From Anaeramoeba ignava BMAN (lineage: Eukaryota; Protista; Anaeramoebae), in the NCBI GenBank assembly GCA_028826165.1, contig JAPDFW010000060.1, forward strand, positions 186,001 to 250,000: a stretch of DNA of 64,000 nucleotides, given 5' to 3'. A program made the translations under genes and the position numbers. The notes under the pieces were generated by a model. It saw only the letters and a program-made list of their open reading frames with translations, was not told where the DNA came from and ran no database searches. Shown in pieces: positions 1 to 12,578 of this stretch (position 1 is the stretch's first letter; each line of letters starts with the position of its first letter).

Positions 1-451
1 TCCGATAAAGATTTCTTATGTGAATTCAGATCAATGGGGATTTCATGCACAAAGAGAAATTTGTCAATGCACTATTGATAATTGTGGGGTTTGTGGAGGA
101 GGTAATTAAATTAACAAGAAATTTATTTGCTTTTTTTTAATTTTATTTGCTTTTTTTTATTTTTATTTGCTTTTTCTTATTTATTTGCTTTTTTTTATTT
201 ATTTGCTTTTATTTATTTGCTTTTTTTTTATTTGCTTTTTTTTAGATGGTTCTTCTTGTGCTACAAGTACTTCAAAAAGTTCTAATGCTGGTGCTATTGC
301 TGCTGGTGTTATTGTTCCTGTTGTTGTTATTGTTGGTGTTGTTTTTGGTGTTATTTATTACAAAAAAAAGAAAAGAGAACATCATATTCGTGAAACTGTT
401 ATGTCTTCAGAAATTGGTGATACAGAAAATTGGACAAAAATCACTAATTAA
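1..451 (+). CDS. 3' end of a single-pass membrane protein with a Cys-rich juxtamembrane motif (partial; exons <1-101 and 246-451)
   Basis: Frame 2 reads ...EICQCTIDNCGVCGG. A GT..AG intron (102-245) joins it to DGSSCATS..., then a hydrophobic AGAIAAGVIVPVVVIVGVVFGVIYY segment, a KKKKR stop-transfer and a short tail. Confidence 0.8.
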
Positions 452-908
452 AAAAAAAAAAATTTCTCCATTTTAATAACAAAAAAAAAAAAAAAAAGAG
501 GAACTTTTTGAATATCTTTCCTCTTTTTATTTGGATCTTTTACTTTTTTTTTTTTCATTCATTTTTTTCTTTTCTTTTCATTTTTTTTTTTGGATTGAAA
601 TTGAATGAAAAATTCCAAAAAAAAAAAATATTTTTCATTTTGTTTTTGTTTGTTTTTCATTTTTTGAACCAAATTAAAATTGAAAAAAAAGAAATTTCAA
701 AAAAAATTTGGATTAAAATTTGGATTAAAATTTCAAAAAAAATTTGGATTAAAATTTGAATTAAAATTTGAATTGATAATTGTTTTTTAATTGAAAATTG
801 AATTGATAAATTGTCTTTTAATTGGAAATTGTTTTTTAATTGAAAATTGTCTTTTAATTGGAAATTGTTTTTTAATTGATAGTTGTTTTTTAATTGAAAA
901 ATTGTTTT

Positions 909-2867
909 TTAATTGATAGTGCAAGGATCAGCCTAAAAAATTTAATAGAAAATAAAACAATTAAATTATATAAATATTTAATCAATAAATTTTAAAATTA
1001 AATAAAATGAATAAATTTAATTACATGTCCACAAGCAGAACATCCTCCACTACTAAATTCTCCCCAAGGGAAATACTAAATAAAAGAAAATAAAAGAAAA
1101 AAAAATTTTGAATTAAAAAATTTTTAGTTGTCAAAAATCGGAAAAAAAATTTTAATTAAAAAATTTTGAATTAAAATATAAATTAATTACAGTAATTTGT
1201 TCAACTCCATTCAAAAATCGAGAAGCTTGACTGTTAGCCCATGAAACACATTCATCATAAGTTCCTGTGTATCCCCAATCACATTCTTGTGGGCAATAAC
1301 AAACATAAAGTGGGAAAGGAACACTTCCTCTGAGATTGTTTTGTTTGGTAATTCCAGTTACTTTCACTCCACTCTTTGAATCAACTTGTGAAACTTCATC
1401 AAAAGTGGAATCTGGTCCACTAATTTATTATTAAAATTATTATTTAAATTATTGTTAAAATTATTATTAAATTTATTATTAAAATTATTATTAAAATTAT
1501 TATTAAATTTATTATAAAAATTTATTATTAAAATTATTATTAAAATTATTATTAAAATTATTATTAAAATTATTATTAAATTTATTATTAAATTTATTAT
1601 TAAAATTATTATTAAAATTATTATTAAATTTATTATTAAATTTATTATTAAAATTATTATTAAAATTATTATTAAAATTATTATTATAATTATTATTATT
1701 AAATTGATGATTAAATCTATTATTAAATTTATTATTAAATTTATTATAAAAATTTATTATTAAAATTATTATTAAAATTATTATTAAAATTATTATTAAA
1801 AATTATTATTATATTTATTATTAAAATTATTATTAAATTGATGATTAAATTTATTATAAAAATTTATTATTAAATTTATTATATAAAATTTATTATTAAA
1901 ATTATTATTAAATTTATTATTAAAATTATTATTAAAATTATTATTAAATTTATTATTAAATTTATTAATAAAATTATTATTAAAATTATTATTAAAATTA
2001 TTATTAAAATTATTATTAAATTTATTATTAAATTTATTATTAAAATTATTATTAAATTGATGATTAAATTTATTATTAAAATTATTATTAAATTTATTAT
2101 TAAATTTATTATTAAATTTATTATTTAAATTATTATTAAATTTATTATTTAAATTATTATTAAATTTATTATTATAATTTATTATTAAATTTATTATTAA
2201 ATTTATTATTAAATTTATTATTAAATTTATTATTAAAATTATTATTAAAATTATTATTAAAATTATTATTAAAATTATTATTAAATTTATTATTAAAATT
2301 CTTATTAAATTTATTATTAAAATTATTATTTAAATTGATGATTAAATTTATTAAATATTTGAAAATGGAAAAAATTTTTTTTTGATCAAATTTTATAAAA
2401 ATTAAAGATGGATTAATTTAATAATAAAAAATAACAAAAAAATAATAAAAAATAATAAAAATTACCAAAGAGAGCAACCACCTGTACTAAATTCACCACT
2501 AAAATAATTTTGAACATATGAAAAAAAGAAAATAAAAAATCAATTATTTAATTAAAAAATAAAAATAAAAATAAAAATTACGAAGGAAAATAAGAACAAG
2601 TAATTGAAGATCCAGAAGGGAAACTAAATTAAAAAAAAAACAAATTAAAATTTTTATTTAATTTTTTTATTTAATTTTTTTATTTAATTTTTTTATTCGT
2701 AATTGTTTTATTAAAAAATAAATTTACTTTCCAGCATCTTGATCACAGAAACAGAAACATTGAGCTTCGGTTCCATCATATCCTGCTCCACACATAAAAG
2801 GACAATCACATCTTGGTCGTACAAATTGTAAAACGCTTAAAAGAATTAATATGAAAACAAATTTCAT
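909..2867 (-). CDS. Small secreted Cys-rich protein (~172 aa, 6 exons) with two copies of an internal domain
   Basis: Exons 2867-2728, 2623-2582, 2498-2466, 1419-1191, 1075-1025 and 932-909 are all GT-AG and phase-compatible (519 nt). Signal-peptide-like start MKFVFILILLSVLQFVRP. Duplicated CxCPxxCxxGYxGT...YFPxGEFSxGGCSxCG. Confidence 0.8.
1422..2350. repeat. Intronic AT-only minisatellite (TTATTATTAAAA-type)
   Basis: Tandem ~12-nt units fill intron 3 of the Cys-rich gene. Confidence 0.9.
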
Positions 2868-3064
2868 TTTTTGTTTTTGTTTTAAATTTAATAAGAAAAA
2901 TCAAAGAAAAAAAATTGAAAGAAGAAAAATGAAAAAATGAAAAATTTTAATTTTGTTTTTTTATTAAAAAAAAAATGAAAAAAAAAATGAAGAAAAAAAT
3001 TGGAACAAAATCAACATAAAAAAAAGAAAAAAAAAAGTGGAAAATGTTTCACATTATTTTTTAA

Positions 3065-4040
3065 ATTGATTTTGATTTAGAAATTGAATTATAAATTGAT
3101 TTAGATTTAGAAATTGATTTAAAAATTGATTTAGAATTAGAAATTGATTTAGATTTAGAAATTGAATTTAGAAATTGATTTAAATTTAGAAATTGATTTA
3201 AATTTAGAAATTGATTTAGAAATTGATTTAGAAATTGATTTAGAAATTGATTTAGATTTAGAAATTGATTTAGATTTAGAAATTGATTTAGATTTAGAAA
3301 TTGATTTAGATTTAGAAATTGATTTAGATTTTAAAATTGATTTAGATTTAGAAATTGATTTGAATTTAGAAATTGATTTAGATTTTAAAATTGATTTAGA
3401 TTTTAAAATTGATTTAGAAATTGGTTTAGATTTAGAAATTGATTTAAATTTAGAAATTGAAATTGATTTAAAATTAGAAATTGAATTAGAAATTGAATTA
3501 GAAATTGATTTAGAAATTGATTTAAATTTAGAAATTGATTTAGATTTAGAAATTGATTTAGAAATTGATTTAGATTTTGAAATAGATTTAGATTTAGAAA
3601 TTGATTTAGAAATTGATTTAGATTTAGAAATTGAATTATAAATTGGTTTAGAAATTGATTTAGATTTAGAAATTGATTTAGAAATTGATTTAAAAATTGA
3701 TTTTGATTTAGAATTAGAAATTGATTTAGATTTAGAAATTGATTTAGTTTATAAATTGAATTAGAAATTGATTTAGAAATTGATTTAGAAATTGATTTAG
3801 ATTTAGAAATTGATTTAGAAATTGATTTAGATTTAGAAATTGATTTAGAAATTGATTTAGAAATTGATTTAGATTTAGAAATTGATTTAGATTTAGAAAT
3901 TGATTTAGATTTAGAAATTGATTTAGAAATTGATTTAGATTTAGAAATTGATTTAGATTTAGAAATTGATTTAGATTTAGAAATTGATTTAGATTTAGAA
4001 ATTGATTTAGATTTAGAAATTGATTTAGATTTAGAAATTA
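3065..4040. repeat. Intergenic GATTTA/GAAATT hexamer-based satellite
   Basis: Tandem gatttagaaatt/gattta units. They generate the spurious LEID ORF 3162-3641. Confidence 0.9.
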
Positions 4041-4061
4041 ATATGGAAATTAATATGGAAA

Positions 4062-6593
4062 TTAATCTAAATTCAATTTCTTTTGTCTTCTTGAAAAAAA
4101 TATATATAAGCGAACAAATTTAATTTTTCCAGTAGTAAAATCTTCAAATAAACGAGCCAAATCAATTTGTTTAAAAACTTGTAATTCTTGAAGATGATTA
4201 CGAAATTTAAGAATAAAAAACTTATTCAATTCAGAAGATAAAACTTCATACAATCCAAAAATATCAATTTGTCTTGAAACTTCAAAATAATAAACTTCTT
4301 GATTTTTAGTCACACATTTCAACTTAATTTTAGAAGGTAATCCAAATCTAAAACTTAACTCTTTTGTATTTAATTCTTCAACTTTTTGTTTCTTTGAATA
4401 TATTTTTTTATATTTTTCCAACAATTTTTGTGAATCTCGAATTTTTGATTGTAAAATTAAACTACAATCATAAGTTTCTTGAATGAATTTTTTTAATTGG
4501 CGAATTTCTCTTTGATATGAATCACAATTAATTGGATGAAAATCAAAAAGATGTTCCAAAAGTTTTTTGTGATTTTCTTTTGAGCGAAAAATTTGTTTTT
4601 TTTCCGCAGATTTGATTTTAGAAATATTATTCCGTTTGATTTTAAAAGGTTGTGATCGTGAATATCTTTGAAGTGAAATATTTGGAACTGGTCTTCCTGA
4701 TCTTGTTTTTCTATTTATAAAAACATTTTCTGTGTTACTTCTTGATCTTTGTGTAAATGATTGTAAACGATTTGAGTTTGTTTCAACATCAGTAATTGAA
4801 GTAGAGCGTTCCATTTTAAATTTATTTGGACTTTTCTTAAATTTTCCTTTTTTTTCTCCTATTAATTCTATTTGATCTGATTGTGATTTGATTTTGAGTT
4901 TTGAATTTGATTTTGGAATTGAAATATTTTTATTATTTTGATTTTGAATTTGAATTTGATTTTGATTTTGATTTTGATTTTGAATTTGATTTTGATTTTC
5001 ATTTTCAATTTGATTTTGAATTTGATTTTCATCTTCATTTTCAATTTTATTTTGATTTTCATTTTCATTTTCATTTTCAATTTGATTTTGATTTTGATTT
5101 TGATTTTCATTTTCAATTTGTTTTTGATTTTGATTTTGATTTTGATTTTGAATTTGATTTTGTTTTTCAATTTGATTTTGAATTTGATTTTGATTTTGAT
5201 TTTGATTTTCAATTTGATTTTGATTTTGATTTTGAATTTGATTTTGTTTTTCATTTTGATTTTCATTTTGATTTTGATTTTGATTTTCAATTTGATTTTG
5301 ATTTTCAATTTGATTTTGATTTTGTTTTTCATTTTGATTTTCATTTTCATTTTCATTTTCATTTTGATTTTGATTTTGTTTTTCAATTTGATTTTGAATT
5401 TGATTTTGATTTTCAATTTGAATTTGATTTTGAATTTTGATTTCTTGTTTTAATTTTGATTCTTTATTTGGTAAAGAACTTGTTGAAATTAAATTTGTTT
5501 TTGTTTTGATATTTTCATTTTCATTATTCTTATTCCTTTTTTCTTCAATTTCTTGAAATTGAAAATTTAAATTGGTTTTGATTTCGTCATAATGGATAAA
5601 TTCGTCTTGATCACTTGTTCTAATTGAAAATTCTTCAAATTCATGATCTCCAAATTCACTCAAATCAGAAAAATGTGGAGAATTGGAAGTTTTTTTTGTG
5701 GAAGAAATTTCAAAACTATCATTAATTTCAGAATATTTTGAAGGTGAAAATCTGAAAAAATCATAGGTTTCATCAAAATATAAAGATGAATCATTTTCAT
5801 TTTCATTTTCATTTTCATTTTCATTTTCAATTTGATTTTGATTTTGATTTTGATTTTGATTTTCATTTTGATTTTGATTTTGATTTTGATTTTGATTTTG
5901 ATTTTGATTTTCAATTTCAATTTCATTTTCATTTTCATTTTCAATTTGATTTTGATTTTGATTTTGATTTTCAATTTCATTTTCATTTCCATTTTCAATT
6001 TGATTTTGATTTTCAATATCAATTTGATTTTTATTTTCATTTCCATTTTCAATTTGATTTTGATTTTGATTTTGATTTTGATTTTCATTTTCAATATCAA
6101 TTTCAATTAATTTATCAATTTTTTCTTGAATTTCATCAATATTTTCAATTAGATTCTCATTTGAATTATAATTTTGAAAAAGATTTTTATGAAAAAAATT
6201 TTCATTTGGAATAATTTTCTCTTTTTCAATGAAATATAATTTTTCTAAATTTCTTTGTTTTCTTTTTCTTTTTTTTTGAAAGTTGGAATTTAAGACATTT
6301 TTATCTAAATCATGCTTTTTATTTTGTAAATTAATTTTTGAATTGGAATTGTTTTCTGATTTTTCATTAAAATTTTGATTTAAATTTTGATTTAAATTTT
6401 GATTGGAATTTTCAGAATTAAATTTTTTAACAATCTTTAAAAATTTTTGTGATTTTGAAATTCTTTTTGTTTCTGAAATTTGAAAAAATTTTTCAATTCT
6501 TCTATTTAAAAAAGGTTGTGATTTATGTCTTCTTGTTTTGTTTTGATTGTTTTCAGGATTGAAATAAGTTAAACTTTCACATTCAACGAACAT
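4062..6593 (-). CDS. 843-aa N/Q/E-rich protein with a C-terminal coiled coil and PB1-like domain
   Basis: Long uninterrupted ORF. The C-terminus KIKLKCVTKNQEVYYFEV...FILKFRNHLQELQVFKQIDLARLFE...VRLYIF fits a beta-grasp/PB1 pattern (tentative). Confidence 0.7.
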   Translation of the reverse strand: MFVECESLTYFNPENNQNKTRRHKSQPFLNRRIEKFFQISETKRISKSQKFLKIVKKFNSENSNQNLNQNLNQNFNEKSENNSNSKINLQNKKHDLDKNVLNSNFQKKRKRKQRNLEKLYFIEKEKIIPNENFFHKNLFQNYNSNENLIENIDEIQEKIDKLIEIDIENENQNQNQNQNQIENGNENKNQIDIENQNQIENGNENEIENQNQNQNQIENENENEIEIENQNQNQNQNQNQNQNENQNQNQNQNQIENENENENENENDSSLYFDETYDFFRFSPSKYSEINDSFEISSTKKTSNSPHFSDLSEFGDHEFEEFSIRTSDQDEFIHYDEIKTNLNFQFQEIEEKRNKNNENENIKTKTNLISTSSLPNKESKLKQEIKIQNQIQIENQNQIQNQIEKQNQNQNENENENENQNEKQNQNQIENQNQIENQNQNQNENQNEKQNQIQNQNQNQIENQNQNQNQIQNQIEKQNQIQNQNQNQNQKQIENENQNQNQNQIENENENENQNKIENEDENQIQNQIENENQNQIQNQNQNQNQIQIQNQNNKNISIPKSNSKLKIKSQSDQIELIGEKKGKFKKSPNKFKMERSTSITDVETNSNRLQSFTQRSRSNTENVFINRKTRSGRPVPNISLQRYSRSQPFKIKRNNISKIKSAEKKQIFRSKENHKKLLEHLFDFHPINCDSYQREIRQLKKFIQETYDCSLILQSKIRDSQKLLEKYKKIYSKKQKVEELNTKELSFRFGLPSKIKLKCVTKNQEVYYFEVSRQIDIFGLYEVLSSELNKFFILKFRNHLQELQVFKQIDLARLFEDFTTGKIKFVRLYIFFSRRQKKLNLD

Positions 6594-6659
6594 ATTTTAA
6601 AAGGAAAAAAATGAAAAAAAAAAAATAAAAATTAAAAAAAATTTTTTCCTCTTTTTTTT

Positions 6660-7580
6660 ATTTTAATTTGATTTAGATTTTAATTTAGATTTGGATTTTG
6701 ATTTTGATTTTGATTTTTAAGATTTAGATTTTGATTTGATTTAATTTAGATTTAGATTTTGATTTTGATTTTGATTTTGATTTTGATTTTGATTTTGATT
6801 TTGATTTTGATTTTGATTTTGATTTTGATTTTGATTTTGATTTTGATTTTGATTTTGATTTTGATTTTGATTTTGATTTTGATTTTGATTTTTGATTTTT
6901 GATTTTGATTTTGATTTTGATTTTGATTTTGATTTTGATTTTGATTTTGATTTTGATTTTGATTTTGATTTTGATTTTAATTTTGATTTTTGATTTTGAT
7001 TTTGATTTTGATTTTGATTTTAATTTTGATTTTGATTTTGATTTTGATTTTGATTTTAATTTTAATTTTGATTTTGATTTTGATTTTGATTTTTTTGATT
7101 TAGATTTTGATTTTGATTTTAGATTTTGATTTTTGATTTTAGTTTTGATTTTGATTTTGATTTTAATTTTGATTTAGATTTTAATTTTGATTTTGATTTT
7201 AGATTTTGAATTTTGATTTAGATTTAGATTTTGATTTTGATTTTGATTTTGATTTTGATTTTGATTTTGATTTTGATTTTGATTTTGATTTTGATTTTGA
7301 TTTTGATTTTGATTTTGATTTTGATTTTGATTTTGATTTTGATTTTAATTTTGATTTTAATTTTGATTTAGATTTTGATTTTGATTTTGATTTTAATTTT
7401 GATTTTGATTTTGATTTTGATTTTGATTTTGATTTTGATTTTTGATTTTTTGAATTTTTTTGATTTTGATTTTAATTTTCATTTTGATTTTGATTTTGAT
7501 TTTCATTTTGATTTTGATTTTAATTTAGATTTTGATTTTGATTTTAATTTTAATTTTGATTTTAATTTTGATTTAGATTT
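6660..7580. repeat. (GATTTT)n microsatellite between divergent genes
   Basis: Long run of gatttt/aatttt hexamers. Confidence 0.9.
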
Positions 7581-7629
7581 TCCAAATATTTTTTTTTCAT
7601 TTTTTTTCATTTTTTTTAATTTTCTTTTA

Positions 7630-10600
7630 ATGTTTACAGTTGATGAAATTTCTCGTTTACTTGAATTAAAAAACAACGAATTAGCTCAAAGATTACAAAA
7701 AAACATTATTAAAGCAAATTTAATAATAAATAATTTTCCATTTGAAAAAGGAGAAGATTTTAATTTCCAATTAATACATATAGCAACAATAAAAAACAAT
7801 TCAAAAGCAATAAAAACACTTTTAAAATATGGAGCTGATAAAAATGCAAAAACAAAAATGGGAAATACAAGTCTTCATTTAGCAGCTAAATTAGGGTTTA
7901 TAAATTGTGCAAAAATATTATTAGATAATAAATGTGAAATAAATATTACAAATGAATTGATAGAAACACCTCTTGTTGTTTCAATTAAATCTAATAGTGT
8001 GGATATTACAAGATTTTTACTAGATAAATCTGCAAATATTGATATTTTTGATTCATCTGGGTAAACTGAATTAAAATTCATTTATAAATAAAATTAATTT
8101 AAAATTAAAATTCATTTATAAAATTCATTTATAATTAAAATTCATTTATAAAATTAAAATTCATTTATAAAATTAAAATTCATTTATAATTAAAATTAAA
8201 ATTAAAATTATAATTCATTTATAAAATTAAAATTCATTTATAAAATTAAAATTCATTTATAAAATTAAAATTCATTTATAATTAAAATTCATTTATAAAA
8301 TTGAAATTCATTTATAAAATTAAAATTAAAATTAAAATTCATTTATAAAATTAAAATTCATTTATAAATTTATTTATAAAATTAAAATTCATTTATAAAT
8401 TTATTTATAAAATTAAAATTAAAATTAAAATTAAAATTCATTTATAAATTTAAAATCAAAATTAAAATCAAAATTCATTTATAAAATCAAAATTCATTTA
8501 TAAAATCAAAATTCATTTATAATTAAAATTTATTTATAAAATTAAAATTAAAATTCATTTATAAAATTAAAATTCATTTATAATTAAAATCAAAATTAAA
8601 ATTCATTTATAATTAAAATCAAAATTAAAATTCATTTGAAATTAAAATTCATTTATAATTAAAATTCATTTATAAAATCAAAAATTTATAATTAAAGAAT
8701 GACTCCTTTAGTTATAGCATCAAGCCTTGGAAATATTCAAGCATTAAGACTAATATTAAACACGAAAAAAACAACACTTGATTCATTTGATGCAGTTGGA
8801 TGGAATTCACTTCATTATGCATGTCGAAACAAACATTTCGAAATAGTAAAAGAATTATTAGAAAAAGGAGCAAAAATAGATGAAATAACAATCGATTATT
8901 ACGAAGCAATCCACATCGCAGTTCAACAAGAATGGATGAGCGGAATCAAAATCCTGATAAAATACGGAGCAGATCCAAACGCAATCCATGAAAAACAATG
9001 GACTTGTCTTCATTTTGCAGTTGAAACAGGAAATCGAGAAATAACCGAATATTTATTGAAAAAACACGCAGATCCAAATCTCAAAAGTACAGTCGGCCAA
9101 ACACCTCTTCATGTGGCATCTCAACATGGCCATCTTGCATGCATTGAATTGCTCAATTTATATGAAGCAAAATTAAACGAGCAAGACCACAGCGGTGTTA
9201 CTCCGCTGATGTATTGCGTTAGGGAGGAGCATTTGGAATGCACGAAATACTTGATTTTCCAAGGCGCTTCAGTAAATATCACTGATTATGATGGATGGTC
9301 TCTTGTTCATTACGCCGCAAATATTCCAAATTTTGAATTTATTGAATATTTAATTGAGACCCAAAAAATGCCAGTTAACGGATCAACTAGAACTAAATTG
9401 ATGCCTATTCATTTGGCTAGCAAAATTGGGAATATTCAAGTACTCACTTTACTTCTGGAAAATTCCGCAGATATCAACGCAAGAAATAATAGTGGATGGA
9501 GCCCCGTTTGTTTTGCTTGCGATGCGGGAAAAATCGATGCTATCAAGTTCCTCATCTCAAAAGGAGCTGATTATCAAAATTTTAAAACGGCAAATGATGA
9601 TACTTTAATACATATTGCAGCTACATCTGGAAAAATTGATATTTTAGATTATTTCATCAAACTAAAAATCCCGATTGATCAGAAAAATTCAACACAATCA
9701 ACACCTCTTCATTTGGCAATTATACATCATCATTTCGATGTTGCCAATATCCTCATCTCAAATGGAGCGCAAATCAATCACCAGGATATTAATGGAAATA
9801 CTTGTCTTCATTTAATTGTCAATCATTTTAAGGAATTTACATTGTATCAAGGCAATGAAATGAAAAATTTACTCAAACGCAATATTTTAAACCAAAAAAC
9901 AAATGAAGATGACTTCCTCACAAATGAGGAAACAGAGAATGAAATGCAATTTAAAATCAATCGGTTATCAGATAGTATTAATTGGAAACATTTCAGAAAA
10001 TCAATCAGAAATATTCAAATTCCTTCTGTGAGTGTTGAAAATACAAACGAAAAAAAAGAACAGGAAAATCCAATTAAAAATCAATCACAAGAAGAAAATT
10101 TCAAAACAAATCAAATTAGTTTCATTTATTTCCTTCGTTCTGTTGGAGCAGATTGCTCTATTCAAAACAAAGAATCGAAAAGGCCTATTGATTTGGCTGA
10201 ATCTTTAGGGAAATATTCTTTAATTTTTCATCTTGATCCTGAATTAGATTATATTTTTTCAGATGGATTTGAATTTTTACCAAAAGAAATGAATCGTTTA
10301 CAAATTATTTTGAATGAATGTATACAAAAAGTAACAGAAGAAAAGGGAGGAAAAAGTTTAGAATCAAATAATTCAAATCAAAATTTAAATGAAAATCCAA
10401 ATCAAAATGAAAATTTAAATGAAAATCAAAATCAAAATCAAAATGAAAATTCAAATGAAAATTTAAATTTAAATCAAAATCAAAATGAAAATTTAAATGA
10501 AAATCAATATCAATATCAAAAAGGAATCTTAATGGATCAAATACTTCTTTCTCTTCACTTAATACAAGATATCCTGAGAAACCCAGAAAATGAAAAAATT

Positions 10601-12034
10601 TTCGATAGTGATTATTACAATTTATTTTATGCATCCCTTAAAAAAATGAGAGACAAAGATAAATTCCCATTTATTCCATTCAAAAAAATATTATTATCAT
10701 TGGGAATGAAAATGAACTTCTTTTATTTCTATCATATTTTTTCAACAACAATTTTCCAAGATTTAATAACAGAAGAAAATGCACAAGATTTGAAAACAGA
10801 TCTAGTCATTGTTAATAAGACAAAAAACACCAAACTTCTTGAAACTTCAAGAATCTTCTGGTTTGATTCAAATCCAATGAATGAATCTTTAGTTTCAGAT
10901 TTAGATCACATTTCGAAAATTGTTGATGTGAAATTTTTCTCATCAGAATCACAAATTGAAGAACTAGAAAAATCAATTAAGAAATATGTAGTTCTCCCTG
11001 AATTCTATTTATCAACAAGAATCATTTGCAACAACACTTCTTCAAAAACAATAGTTCCTTTAATTCGAGAAAAATGGAAATCACCGATTCCAATTTTTAT
11101 TTATTGCGCCAAAATCGAAGTTGCCTTCAAATTGATATTAACAAACAATTACACAAATATTTGGGCTTCAAATCTATCATATTTTATAGAGAAATTTCTG
11201 ATGATGAATTTGAATAAAAAAGACAGTTTATTGTTACCGAAAAAACGAGAAAAAGCAATTCTCAAAAATATCACAAAATTGCAAAAAGAAATTGAAGTAA
11301 AATGTCTTCAACAAAACTTACTTCATCAACTCCACTTTAAAAACTCAATCGATATCATATTACAACAAAGATTCAAGTCGCAATTCCATGGGATTTTGTT
11401 TCTTTTGCTTGAAATTGAAGAAACTCTTTATCATCTCAATTCCAAAATAGATCAATTAGTGAAAAACGAAATTACACTTTCAAATATTTATGCGTTTTCA
11501 ATGCATTTATTTAACTTAACTTATGAAAATTCTTCTAATTTATCCCTCGATCAATTCCTATCCTTATTCAATCCATTTCCTGCAAAAGGAAGAACTATTC
11601 TTTGCTTGAGTTCAAATACAAAATCAATTGCTCAAATTTCTGCATCAGTTAAAAATACAGGAGTTAAAATTATTTTTCCAGAAACAAAAGTTCATTTCAA
11701 AAAGAAAAAATCAAATCAAGAATCAAATCAAAAATCAAATCAAAATTTTCTTCAAAAAAATGTTATTGATTATTCAAAAGTTTATGCTTTTATCCAAAAA
11801 TTTATTCATGATTTTATTGGAAAATCTGGTTTTGAAGTTAGAATTATTTGCGGTTATAAACAAGCTGTTAAATTGTTGGATTTTTTAAGGAGTTTTCATC
11901 ATAATTTCCCGATTTTGATTTATTGTTCTCATCATCACAAAACTCAATCTCTTGAATTGATTAAAAGGTTTCAAGGTGTTTGGATGACAACAAAAACTCA
12001 AGATGCACTTCGTTTTGCTCGTTTTAGTGATTAA
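7630..12034 (+). CDS. Large ankyrin-repeat protein (~1255 aa; exons 7630-8060 and 8698-12034) with two C-terminal receiver-like alpha/beta domains
   Basis: Many G.TPLH/SLH..A motifs. A phase-2 intron 8061-8697 (GTAAAC...AAG) joins DSSG|MTPL in frame. The C-terminal duplicated pattern is IxW/C...RIIC...R...PIxIYC...xW. Confidence 0.88.
8080..8690. repeat. Intronic minisatellite (AAAATT/AAAATTCATTTAT units)
   Basis: Tandem repeats fill the ankyrin-gene intron. Confidence 0.85.
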
Positions 12035-12039
12035 AAACC

Positions 12040-12520
12040 AAAATCAAAATGAAAATCAAAATCAAAATCAAAATCAAAATCAAAATCAAAATCAAAATCA
12101 AAATCAAAATCAAAATCAAAATCAAAATCAAAATCAAAATCAATTTTAAATCAATTTTATATTAATTTTATATTAATTTTAAATCAATTTTAAATCAATT
12201 TTATATTAATTTTAAATCAATTTTAAATCAATTTCAAACCAATTTTAAATCAATTTTAAATCAATTTTATATCAATTTTAAATCAATTTTAAATCAATTT
12301 TATATCAATTTTAAATCAATTTTAAATCAATTTTATATTAATTTTATATCAATTTTATATCAATTTTATATCAATTTTATATCAATTTTATATCAATTTT
12401 AAATCAATTTTATATCAATTTTATATCAATTTTAAATCAATTTTATATCAATTTTATATCAATTTTATATCAATTTTATATCAATTTTATATTAATTTTA
12501 AATCAATTTTAAATCAATTT
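12040..12520. repeat. (AAAATC)n followed by an 11-mer satellite (TTTTAAATCAA/TTTTATATCAA)
   Basis: Direct inspection. Confidence 0.85.
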
Positions 12521-12578
12521 TAAATAAATTCAAAAAAATTATTTTTTCATTTTTTTTCTTTTCATTTTTTTCTTCAAA

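Noticed and set aside
6660-7580. Telomere-like repeat
   Set aside because: It is internal, degenerate, and the same hexamer as the coding and intronic microsatellites throughout the window.
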